A stretch of DNA of 64,000 nucleotides, taken from NCBI RefSeq assembly GCF_000981445.1, contig NC_027218.1, forward strand, positions 806,001-870,000. The letters run 5' to 3'. The notes under the pieces are model-generated. The model did not search any database, was not told the origin of the DNA, and saw only the letters and a program-made list of their open reading frames with translations. Source of the stretch: Babesia bigemina. Lineage: Eukaryota. This document shows, piece by piece, positions 47,677 to 57,816 of this stretch (within the stretch, counting starts at the first letter, position 1; every line of letters begins with the position of its first letter). A program made the translations under genes and the position numbers.

Positions 47677-50600
47677 ATGATGGCGCCTAAGAAGCTCACT
47701 GACTGCCCTGAAAATTTAAGGGAGGCTATCGACTGGTTGATACAGGTGAAAAATGGAGGTAATGGTAGCGGCCTTGATAAGCTGGGCAATGCTTTGAAAA
47801 TATTGATTGGTGAGGCTATTCAGAAGGCTAAGGATAGTAATAAACATACGGCAGATAAGCTTAGGTGCGCAAAAAATGATACTTACGACCGCCCTTATTG
47901 TAAAGAACTTGACGAAAGAATTGCTAAGGCTAATGTGGAATTGAAGATTTCTAAAAGTGTTCAAAATTTTGATAAAACTAGCAGAGATTCATTATCTGCC
48001 GACATAAAGCGATTCGAATCCCAAAAAGCGGATTGTGTTAAATCCCATTACATGGATGACCAAGGTATGAACGACATTCAGAATAAAATTAGCCAGGCTG
48101 ATGAGGTAATTAGCAAGCTTGGAAATGTATCTAAGGAACTTACAAATGAAGATAATACTAATATTCTTTGGAGGCTTTGTGATGGCATCGAGGCATTCTT
48201 AGGGTATGCTGCCGGCAATTACACGGGCAATGGCATCGTGTATGGCGATTGTGACCGTCTCCGTGACGCTGTTTTAATGTTCTTGAATGGCGTATTAGTG
48301 ACTGTGAAGGATGATGAAAATTTTAGGACATACGTTCTCAATGGTGGTGACATAAGTAAGCTTGTCGAAAATAAAAGTGGTAATGGACGAACGGAGTTCA
48401 ATTTGGTCATTAGTAGTGTTAGGTCCATGCTATCCCTGTGGGATGAAATGTTGACTGCGAGGACCAATAAGATTCTGTACGATATAGAAAGCTTTAAAGA
48501 TGGCATAGAGCATTGTTATCATAATATTGATAAACAACAAGGTAAGGGATGTATGGCGATGCACGCTTCATTCATGAGGTCTGTTGAAATGCTTAATCGT
48601 ACTATATCCGAAATTAGATGCAAAAATGATGGATATGCTGGAGTTGATAAAAATCTTCGGAGTAAATTAGACGTTCCATTTGGATATATCGATGAGGGTG
48701 TTAATATGTTGATAAATTCTGCGAACAATGATGGGCTTATAAAAGCCGTAGAAATGATTCAAAACATGTTTAACACATTGCCAGACGAACTTGAAAATTT
48801 TATAAGGGAGAGAGTCATCAGTACAATTAGCGATCACAGTGACCATGTTGAAGAATTAAAGAAATATATTAACATGCAGATTGATAATTATCGGAATAGA
48901 TTTGTGCAGGAACGCCTTTCCGTAGTAACCAGGGATTTGGAGATGGCTGTTGTCACATTTAGTAAAAATGCGTATAATCAGGGCGGTTTAAAAAATGTGG
49001 AAGTCGGTAACGCTATAAATGTTATTCAACAAATGTTAGAGAATGTAGACAATAATGTAAAAGATGAAGTTACTTTGAATGCTCAGAATGCTGACACACA
49101 AATCGCGTTGATAAAAAAGGCGCTTAATACAAAATCGCAGCTCGGTTTTACCGATGCGTTAAACGGTTTGAGTGAAGCGGTCGGTGATCCCGGTGAAATA
49201 TTTAATGAGAAGCATAAAAACGATTTGAAGGCGATCGTTATCAAAGCTCAGACGGATTTGAAGCAGGCTGCGTCTCGCGCCGAAGAAAATGCCAAGAACT
49301 TAGGCGGCTTAAGGAATGTAAAGGTCGCGGAAGCTATTCAAGTTATTCAGCAAAACTTGGGCAGGGCAGATCGTGTTACCAATATGGAGCTGTTGATTAA
49401 TTTGAAAAAGGATATCATGGATCACCAAGTTCGGCATATTATGGATGCTCTCAATCCGGATAAACCATTGCCAGGTGTTGTAAAGCGTTTACAAAGTTTA
49501 AATAGTATTATTGAGGAACCGCAACAAATATTTGACAGAGATCACAGAAACCGATTGGAAGAGCTGGTTGCAGCCACCGAAAAAGAATTCCTGGGTGCTT
49601 TAAATCAGGCTCAGTTATACACAACATGTACGAATTTCGGGTTGAAGAAGAAAGTTGACGAAATTTTCGAGTTGGTTTTGAAGAATGTCAAATCTGGCAA
49701 AATTCTGATTTCAGAGATAAAATCTTCGATCACACCGGCGCTTAAGAAGATTGGTGAAGGCATAACGGAGAATTTTCAATCGGGTAGCAATAACATATCA
49801 TCCAAACTACGCACGCTAGAGACGTCAATTGCTAACGCAATAGAAAGCAATTTTGAGCGCAAACTTGTGACCGAGATAACTGAACATGATTTCAATGGTT
49901 GGTTCCACAGCTACATGTCTCACGTACTCAAAGAAGCCAACGAAGTAATTAGCAAGGCCGACAAAGCTTATCAGCTTGTGTCTGAGCAGTTGGGTATGAT
50001 TAGTTCGGCGGTTAAGCATATTAAACAGAAAGCCGAAAGCGGAACTCTTAACAGTGTGATTTCTGGACTAGAAATTCAATTTGCCCCAATCTATCTATCC
50101 ATCGACACTAGTTCTTTTTACGAGGATGACCGGAAATCACGTCGAGCGTATTTTGACGATCTTAAATCTCATCTAAAGAACACGCTCAATATTCTCCAAG
50201 TCGCCTACAATAATGGTTACCAGAGTGCAGCCAAGACCTACCTCAGCGAAGCGATAAGTAAGATTAAGGCGGCTGTGGAGGAGGCGGAGCGACAGTATGG
50301 GGATGCGGTTGTAAGTGACATTAGTAGTATTAAAAGCAAGTTAAATAAGATAGTTGGCGATGTGTTTACCAAATCGGATCAGAGAGAGGCACTGCAAACA
50401 TTATTTGACAGGGATTTCGATAGTTTGGAAGACAAAGTAACGAGCAACTCCGCCTTCAATGATGATTATATCGCCCGTAAACAATGTTTCGAGAGCCTCA
50501 AGGCATTAATTAAAGATGCCGTAGAAAACCTATCCATCATTTACAAAGAGGCCTATCAAAGCTCGGCCAATACATATCTAAGTAGGGTCATTAAGGCTAT

Positions 50601-53600
50601 TGAAGATAAGGTTAAGGAGGCTGAAGGTACCTATGCGTTGGCGGTGCATATAGAACTTGAGAAGGTTAAGGAAAAGTTCAAAGAGATTACTGAAGAAAAT
50701 ATTAAAGATAAAGAGTCGAAATATGAGGAAAATCAAGACAGGAAAAAAAAACACACTTTAGGAACATTGTTTGATAAGCCTTTTCAAGATTTGCAAACTG
50801 CCGTCTTAAAACATTCCGCGTTCAAAAAAGATGCAGATTGTCGTAAAATGTGTTTTGAACATCTTAGGGCGTTGATTAATAACACAGTAAAAACTTTGAT
50901 TAAGGCTGCGAAGACGCATGATACTTGTGCATTAAAGGCAGAAGAGTATCTTGGAAAGGCATTTGAAGATGCTAAAGGCAAGATCAATACGCTTGGTGAC
51001 AGCGTCAAACATAAAGTAAAAGAAGCGTGTGATAGAGTTATTGCTGAAGTTTGTGCAATGCAGGCTGCGCATCACAAAGCTGACTTGGCGGCTTTGAAAT
51101 CTCTTGTGCAGAAACAACGTGATAACATTTTCAATATCGTTAATGAGGACTTGAAGACCGGGATTAAAGGTTTTTTACAAATCCTGAAAAGATGGTTTGA
51201 CATAAAAAGCGATCAGCTAACTACGGTACAAGACCTAAATCGTCTTTCCGGAGAGTTCAAAGACCTTTACGATAATCTGTACTCTTACGTTAAGTTCCAA
51301 CATGACGGCTTAGAAGTGGAAGTCGATAGTGAGGAAGATGCTTCTCAACCACAAACTCAGGTCCCTCCTCTCCAAGCGGTGCCAACTCCGATGGCCTCTG
51401 GTGGTTACAAAGCGCGGCCAGCTATGGCAGCGGTGACGTCTCAGACTCATGGCAAAAGCCAAGGTAAACCAGAACTCCAGAATTCCGGTCGTGCAGGATA
51501 TTTGCGTCCTGTTAAACGTGCAGATAAGTCGGTTTCCAAGGATACCATTGCTACATACCTTGTTGGGCTCGAGTATCATTCTCGAAAACTTTATAATGCA
51601 CTCACAGTCGGCAACTTCACTCACCAGTCCGCAAACATATGTCACGATTTTGCGAAGTTCCTCGAGTCAATGCGTCCTTTGATGTTCGGAAGGCAGGACA
51701 ATCCCCTGCTTGACATAATCAAATCCGGACTTAAGTCTTTCCTCGCTGAACTTGGGAAGGCATACATTTCGACATACTGCGGCGCGGCGCATATGTATGA
51801 TTGGAATCTCAATGGCAGGAACTGCGCCAAAGTGTTTATGACTTTGCTGGAGATACTGAAAACAGATTTCGATGAACTTCATGAGAAATGTGGTGAGAAC
51901 GGCGTGTGGAATAATAAAACTATTTGTGTTCTTGCGGGCAGTAATAGCTACAATGATCTTGGTTTATGCCTTAAGCGTTTCGGTTACGGAGTACCCAGCA
52001 AGGATGGGAAGCAGGACAACGAACTTCAGTGCAAGAGTAATATGAATGGTAATGAAATCTTCACGAAACTAGTACAACAAACCGTTACAGTAAAAGACGA
52101 TTACACTTTAATGACCACAATCGAAAACCTGTCCAAATGTCTTGCCACCTACTACCGTGTTCGTCACTACTCCACATTACAATCCAAGACGTATCCATTA
52201 TCCGTATACCAAATGCTTAATTGGCTTAGCGGCTTTCCAAACAATCCGGCATATGACGAATTGACGCTCAACGGCTTTAGTGCACTGTTCGATAAGCCTG
52301 ATGAGGAAGCTGCCGATGACACCAATGAAGGTGTTATCGCTGTTGCAGGTGATGCAGCAGAAAATAGTATGCACGACCTTCCATTCAAATTCGCAGATGA
52401 TGACGTTTTGGAGGCATACCCAGAGAACATCACACCGACGACATTAAGAGATACCCTTGCAGCTGTTTGCGCTAACTCACACAACGTTCTTACTTCCATC
52501 CTCGGTCACGGCCATAGCAACGGTATATACGCCTGTGAGTTCAACACAAATTCATTGAGCTTATGGTACCCTGCTGATACGAACAGTTTAGTTTGTATGT
52601 TATTTGACATCCTCAAACGTATCCACCACCAACTTTACATACTGTATCACCAGTGCTCATATGAGACTGATCTGGGTGGCTGGCGTGACTGTTGGTATGG
52701 CAGGGACGTCGGCGGTTCAGACTGGAGGTGCAATAGGCTTCAGTGTGCTGGCCAAATGGGTGACCAAAAGCACAACCAAACATGTGACCAAAAGTGTAAC
52801 CAAAGTGCTGGGTGCGGCCTCAAGTCACCTTTGCAATCTTACCTCGAAGATGGCTTGCAAGGGTACCTACCGCATCAAATCAAATACGAAAAGGGCAAAG
52901 TCGACTGCGCACTGAAGGACCACTCTGGTGGTCCCTGTAAGTCGCCTATTGGTTTCCCCGACATCAGCGTTACGGCATCGCACCGATATATTGGTAAGCA
53001 CATTCACGTTGCGCTTGCTAGTTTGTTCGGCGAGAAATCGTCTCCACTCAGCCAACTTTGCGCCCAGCTAAACTGTCTCCTGCCAAGCGCGCCGAAAACG
53101 CTGGATGACATGTTTGGTTTCTACTTAAATTTCATCGGCGGGTGGAGTAGGAAACAGAAAACTGCATTTGAGCAGACTGTGAGAGATGCAAACTTCAAAC
53201 GTACCAATGCAACGTTAGACATCTGTCCAGTATTCGAAAGCATTGAGCACAAGCCTGCCAAGCCCCCAGGTCAGAAAAATAGCCACATCACTGGAGATCT
53301 GTATTCACTTGTGAAATGCAGGTATAATGAAAGCAGCACTGTGGCTCATCCGTGTGGCCCGTATCTGAGACCCTCGTGCTATTATGCGAGCGGCATCTTT
53401 GCTGATAAGCACAATGACAAATATCTCTCTTGGATTGTGTACTTGACGGAGACATTCCACCGGTTGTTGAAGCAGCTATACGAGGAGTGTAACGGTAATT
53501 GCGGCGGTGAGAGACCTAAATGCCGTATTAGTAAGTGCGTTGAAAAATGCGCAGCCACAACGTCGCCCCTGTCTCCTGAATCTACTCACAAAGCATCATG

Positions 53601-54015
53601 CAAATCAATTGTTCATTGCAAATATACGCGTCCTACGTTCTACAAATTCGGTTTCATATTCAGGGATTGCAAAATCCTTTCCGACCAGTCAAGTAGACGC
53701 ACTTGCCAAGACTTTTGTACGGCATTGAATCATGTCATCAATGATAAAGAGACGGTGGGAGCAGCGCTTGCAAAATTAATTTATGTCACAATTCCAGAAT
53801 ATCTTCTCGAAATCAGAAAACCGTTCATGCTATTAACCCTCACTCTCTGGCTCCTCTCCTTGTTGTACCTCCTCCACATCATGGTCATCCGCCTCGACCT
53901 GCTCCACATCAAATCGCATTTGAGATCACCGTCATCACATCGCATCGCCGCGCAATCACTGCTGGCCGCCGCACGTGTCGGCAAACTTGCCCAGATCACC
54001 TACCTGCAACCTTGA
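47677..54015 (+). CDS. ves1: Large VESA1-family variant erythrocyte surface antigen (2112 aa)
   Basis: N-terminal LTDCPENLREAIDWLIQ; LCDGIEAFLGY...YTGNGIVY; YISTY...CAKVF; GWRDCWYGR; SPLQSYLED; C-terminal TM plus IRLDLLHIKSHLRSPSSHRIAAQSLL tail. Confidence 0.92.
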   Translation: MMAPKKLTDCPENLREAIDWLIQVKNGGNGSGLDKLGNALKILIGEAIQKAKDSNKHTADKLRCAKNDTYDRPYCKELDERIAKANVELKISKSVQNFDKTSRDSLSADIKRFESQKADCVKSHYMDDQGMNDIQNKISQADEVISKLGNVSKELTNEDNTNILWRLCDGIEAFLGYAAGNYTGNGIVYGDCDRLRDAVLMFLNGVLVTVKDDENFRTYVLNGGDISKLVENKSGNGRTEFNLVISSVRSMLSLWDEMLTARTNKILYDIESFKDGIEHCYHNIDKQQGKGCMAMHASFMRSVEMLNRTISEIRCKNDGYAGVDKNLRSKLDVPFGYIDEGVNMLINSANNDGLIKAVEMIQNMFNTLPDELENFIRERVISTISDHSDHVEELKKYINMQIDNYRNRFVQERLSVVTRDLEMAVVTFSKNAYNQGGLKNVEVGNAINVIQQMLENVDNNVKDEVTLNAQNADTQIALIKKALNTKSQLGFTDALNGLSEAVGDPGEIFNEKHKNDLKAIVIKAQTDLKQAASRAEENAKNLGGLRNVKVAEAIQVIQQNLGRADRVTNMELLINLKKDIMDHQVRHIMDALNPDKPLPGVVKRLQSLNSIIEEPQQIFDRDHRNRLEELVAATEKEFLGALNQAQLYTTCTNFGLKKKVDEIFELVLKNVKSGKILISEIKSSITPALKKIGEGITENFQSGSNNISSKLRTLETSIANAIESNFERKLVTEITEHDFNGWFHSYMSHVLKEANEVISKADKAYQLVSEQLGMISSAVKHIKQKAESGTLNSVISGLEIQFAPIYLSIDTSSFYEDDRKSRRAYFDDLKSHLKNTLNILQVAYNNGYQSAAKTYLSEAISKIKAAVEEAERQYGDAVVSDISSIKSKLNKIVGDVFTKSDQREALQTLFDRDFDSLEDKVTSNSAFNDDYIARKQCFESLKALIKDAVENLSIIYKEAYQSSANTYLSRVIKAIEDKVKEAEGTYALAVHIELEKVKEKFKEITEENIKDKESKYEENQDRKKKHTLGTLFDKPFQDLQTAVLKHSAFKKDADCRKMCFEHLRALINNTVKTLIKAAKTHDTCALKAEEYLGKAFEDAKGKINTLGDSVKHKVKEACDRVIAEVCAMQAAHHKADLAALKSLVQKQRDNIFNIVNEDLKTGIKGFLQILKRWFDIKSDQLTTVQDLNRLSGEFKDLYDNLYSYVKFQHDGLEVEVDSEEDASQPQTQVPPLQAVPTPMASGGYKARPAMAAVTSQTHGKSQGKPELQNSGRAGYLRPVKRADKSVSKDTIATYLVGLEYHSRKLYNALTVGNFTHQSANICHDFAKFLESMRPLMFGRQDNPLLDIIKSGLKSFLAELGKAYISTYCGAAHMYDWNLNGRNCAKVFMTLLEILKTDFDELHEKCGENGVWNNKTICVLAGSNSYNDLGLCLKRFGYGVPSKDGKQDNELQCKSNMNGNEIFTKLVQQTVTVKDDYTLMTTIENLSKCLATYYRVRHYSTLQSKTYPLSVYQMLNWLSGFPNNPAYDELTLNGFSALFDKPDEEAADDTNEGVIAVAGDAAENSMHDLPFKFADDDVLEAYPENITPTTLRDTLAAVCANSHNVLTSILGHGHSNGIYACEFNTNSLSLWYPADTNSLVCMLFDILKRIHHQLYILYHQCSYETDLGGWRDCWYGRDVGGSDWRCNRLQCAGQMGDQKHNQTCDQKCNQSAGCGLKSPLQSYLEDGLQGYLPHQIKYEKGKVDCALKDHSGGPCKSPIGFPDISVTASHRYIGKHIHVALASLFGEKSSPLSQLCAQLNCLLPSAPKTLDDMFGFYLNFIGGWSRKQKTAFEQTVRDANFKRTNATLDICPVFESIEHKPAKPPGQKNSHITGDLYSLVKCRYNESSTVAHPCGPYLRPSCYYASGIFADKHNDKYLSWIVYLTETFHRLLKQLYEECNGNCGGERPKCRISKCVEKCAATTSPLSPESTHKASCKSIVHCKYTRPTFYKFGFIFRDCKILSDQSSRRTCQDFCTALNHVINDKETVGAALAKLIYVTIPEYLLEIRKPFMLLTLTLWLLSLLYLLHIMVIRLDLLHIKSHLRSPSSHRIAAQSLLAAARVGKLAQITYLQP

Positions 54016-54747
54016 TAAATCACCTCACCACCACTCACCTAACTCACTACCTAGCAACCCACCGCCTAACCTAATACTCACCAAAGTATATTACCTAATG
54101 CATACTCAGCAATTTGGCAGCCGATGTAGTTCATGCCGTGATAGGTTCGTGGTTTGGGATGTTGAGTTGTGAGTTGCCTGTGAAACGTGCCCACGCCCTC
54201 CCATGGTTTCAGTGGGCAGCGATGTTAGGTTATAAGGGACTAATGGAGGCTTATGACATAGTTTATGACTAGTGAAAGTGCGCCGTATGCAACGTGACTG
54301 TTTGGCGTGATAGCCATTATGTGCGTCGATAGGCAAAGAACGTCGACAGGGCAGTGCTATGATGGCCGGTGGACGGCGCAGTTAGGTGGCCTTGGTGGTA
54401 GCAGTGTAAATAATATGCATGTTAACCAAGTAATGTGGTTCACTAAGGCACTCGTTATGACGAAAATGTTATGACATTTAGAAGCAGCACTGGAAACGTT
54501 CGACGGTCTGTGGCAGATGGAGTTCGCTGCGCAACTGGCACCGGTATATCTGCACGTTAGTGCTAGGATACCGTCCACATGCGTTAACTCGGCAGTACAT
54601 TAGTGATGATAGCTACATAGTCGTGATGTAACCGGCGGTGCGTTGGATGGCGGTCAGCTGGGTGGTCGGAGCGCAGATTGTTAGGGGAGTGTCCGAGGCT
54701 GAGGGGAGTGATTCATGTTTGCAGGTTGAGGGGAGGAAGCGTGTAAG
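54016..54747 (+). repeat. Conserved ves-downstream spacer, copy A (inverted homolog of 61947-62701)
   Basis: Blocks shared with the reverse complement of 61947-62701: cacctcaccaccactcacctaac..acctagcaacccaccgcctaacctaatactc; gataggttcgtggtttggga; ggtggccttggtggtagcagtgtaaat; gtgtccg.ggctgagg. Confidence 0.9.
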
Positions 54748-55092
54748 ATGACTACTGGATGCCAGTGTCGTTTGCCATGCACTGGTAGCTGTAGATGCTG
54801 TTCATGGTGTTGTCCCACATGTAAGGATGAGACATCATGCGCAGCGTGCATAAGTTACAGGCAAGACCCACGCACTAGCGATCATGCTAGTTGCCCAAAG
54901 TGTAGGGTAGAGGAAGATAGCGAACCTTGTGACTGTCCGTGTTGTAAGACCTCTATCATTCCTTACATAATATCCGTCACCGTCATCATCCTCCTCGCCG
55001 TCTGCATCATGACCATGTTTCGTATTCGCCCGTTTCACAAAGTGCGCGATTTCTGCGCACAGAAAATGAACGGTTTGCGTCGCGCTCATTAA
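54748..55092 (+). CDS. Small Cys-rich single-TM protein, ves-linked family, copy A (114 aa)
   Basis: 17 Cys in the first 66 aa; TM IIPYIISVTVIILLAVCIMTMF; tail RIRPFHKVRD. A paralog lies at 61494-61946. Confidence 0.75.
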   Translation: MTTGCQCRLPCTGSCRCCSWCCPTCKDETSCAACISYRQDPRTSDHASCPKCRVEEDSEPCDCPCCKTSIIPYIISVTVIILLAVCIMTMFRIRPFHKVRDFCAQKMNGLRRAH

Positions 55093-56052
55093 TAAACTCC
55101 GACACTTCGTATTATCGCACTTAAAGCATCGTATGATGGATTAATAGAACGATGGTTGTCTAATAACGTGTTATTAAATGCTTCACAATAGTGCATCTGC
55201 GGGTGTTCAGCGAGACATAGCATCAAATGTGCATTGGCAAAGTGAACGGGATCAACCATCCTGTTCTGTTGTACGTATTAGTCGGACGCGTTGCGACGCT
55301 GCCCATTTGGTCGCAGAAGATCGCCGCACGTTTGCCAACCTACGCATAACACAGTACATGCAGCCTTGATACGTCATCTCATCCTAATGTCTTACCAAAT
55401 TTCCCACCTGCTACCTAATTTAATATCCGCGTCAAGTTTTTAGTTATTTAGGATGTTGTTTTGTGCGCTACTTTCAAGTCGTGGCTGCCTCATCCCACAT
55501 CATCAGTGGGCAGTGAAGTTACTTGAGTGACCTTCCATGTACGCAGATGAGTAGTGCCTTGCAAGATGTGGTGGTGCACCCGTTGTTAGATGAACGGATG
55601 GCGTGTTAGATGTATGGGCGTAAACGTCGTATATGCTCAGTTGACCAAGACTTGTGGAGAGTTATTTATTGTTTTACAGGATTGGTTGTAAAGTCCAATT
55701 GGTGAGAATGGACGTTGAACCCGGAACCTCAATTCACTGCGCTTGGTGGTGTCCTCGTATTCGTCGTCATCCATCACCTTGTATAGTATCTGACATCGAC
55801 CTGCAAGCAATTGCATATTTCCTTGGTTGACAAGACGTCGCTTCCACGCTTTGCTCATCAATTAACTTCAGTTGGCAAACAGGTCATGCAGAGTCGCATC
55901 GCAATGACAATGTGGACGCTAACGCAATAGTGTTGCGGTTCTCCAAAGCCTAACATTCTAAAACATTGCTGCAATATAAAATATAGTCGTAATTATCCTA
56001 TATAAACTGCAGCCTTTTCCACTTGCATAGCTCTATTGCCCAGTTCTATCAC

Positions 56053-56511
56053 TCATTGTTTGGCTTTCAAAAATATTAGGTCGGCCATTTTTTGCGATGA
56101 ACCACTGTTCTGGTCGTTGACAGTGTAACCGACCTTACGTAGGATTTCTGCTGTTTTCTTCCAGTCGAATGGACCATTAACAGATTTGTGTAACTCGGCT
56201 CCACTGGTGTCTTTCGTGTTTTGTGCGGCGGATTCTACTTTCTCCTTTCTCACTCTGCGCCACTCCTCTAAATCGCGTTGTGCCTTTTTCGTTGCTGCTT
56301 CCATAACCTCGGCCTCCTTCTGCTTTTTCGCCTCTATAGCCGCTTGAATGTCAACGCGCCACTTCTGCATGACGCTATTCTGCTGTGTGTGCTCGGAGGT
56401 AGGGAAACTTGAGCCAGTGTGACTTTCGTAACCTGGTGAACTCATATCTAGTTTGTTCGCATCGATCCCCCAAATGTCCTTAGACGCAGATCTGAACTCT
56501 TGTTGATCCAT
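56053..56511 (-). CDS. CLC: Clathrin light chain (divergent)
   Basis: Central helix QKWRVDIQAAIEAKKQKE...AQRDLEEWRR, then DWKKTAEIL and QKMADLIFLK, matching the CLC pattern (KWREE...A...L.EW...W..V..L...RM..L..LK). Confidence 0.7.
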   Translation of the reverse strand: MDQQEFRSASKDIWGIDANKLDMSSPGYESHTGSSFPTSEHTQQNSVMQKWRVDIQAAIEAKKQKEAEVMEAATKKAQRDLEEWRRVRKEKVESAAQNTKDTSGAELHKSVNGPFDWKKTAEILRKVGYTVNDQNSGSSQKMADLIFLKAKQ

Positions 56512-57816
56512 AGTGTTTACTTAGGTGTACGACCGGTCGTCGTTTGCCACCTATTGTTGTCAGTGAAACGACACAGGTCGCGTACTAATTATCCAGATGA
56601 CACGCTGACACAGGCAAAAGTTGGCGGTTCTTACTTTTATGCCTAAAGGTAACTTCAATAGACGTAGACGGTAGTTAGGGATATGTTCTACCTTTTCTAA
56701 TATCCCCTTAGCGAGTCATATACAGGGGCGCTTTATTAGTGTTGCTTCTACAAATACCAGGCGATTTAGTTTATAAAAGCGGCAGAATGCAATTTGTGGG
56801 TTCAATATATGTGGTGTTTAACCTGATTGTTACCTTTCACGTTAAGCCGTTTCGATCATACAGCCCTGGGGATGTGCACACCTGCACAGGTACACACCAG
56901 TGTAAGCAGAGATTCCGCGACACATTTGACCTTTTATGTGAAAACGTGCTTGATTCATATTAAAGGAGACACTAGGATGGATATAGCTTGTTGGGATTGA
57001 CGCTGCAAATGTGTAACGTGATACGCGCCTTGACACCGAGTAACGATGTGACTGTACCGTGCCAATTACGATGGCTTAATAACCACACTGTGACATTAAA
57101 AACAACATTACGCTTTTGTATCATGCAGCAACGCGGAAAAACAAAAAAGGTCCCATTTGTCTTCTTCGGGCTAAGGTGTATGGTAGGCTTGACTTGAATT
57201 AACGTATTGTTCCCTAATTACGTTCTTGGACCACTGTGTACAAAAACACAAATATAAGCGCCAATTAACAAGGATTTGCAGTATAGCGGATGGGTCTGTC
57301 TTACGCTGCTTTAGGTTATGATGCATAAGTCACGTGATTGATCGCAATATGCGTAAAATACTACCACAAACAGTTATATACCGACAGAATGGTTGTCATA
57401 TTGCAATGCAGACATATTTTACTGCAAATGTGTACGCTGTGGTAACCTAGCATATACTGTGGAAGCCTTGCCTTCTCCATTCTTCGATTGCGCGTAACAT
57501 TGCGCTACACAACTCACGCAGTAGTTTGTTGCTTGCAATTTTGAATATATGTGCTACATGTATTGCGGTGTCTGGTGCTATACACTAGACATCCCAAATG
57601 TACTTACGGCGCTAGCACCGCTACAACGATAAAACGCCATGCAACCCTCAACCAGTGTACGGATGTTGTGATTCATTGGACGTATTTTATAATCCTTCAT
57701 ACGGTAACAGAGAATCTAATGTAGGCGCAAGGGTTATCGACGAACACATCTCAACACATTTTGCTTTCCGCATCTAGCGGGATAGCCTCCGGGCGTTGTT
57801 AGACTATATCGCAACA

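Noticed and set aside
55637..55861. 74-aa ORF / possible exon (tgcag|GRCQILYKVMDDDEY...)
   Set aside because: No start context or family recognised; it may be a decayed fragment but cannot be supported.
56520..57800. 1.3-kb gap between CLC and RNASEH2B that could hide an intron-rich gene
   Set aside because: Only short ORFs and no convincing spliced product; treated as a divergent promoter region, unresolved.
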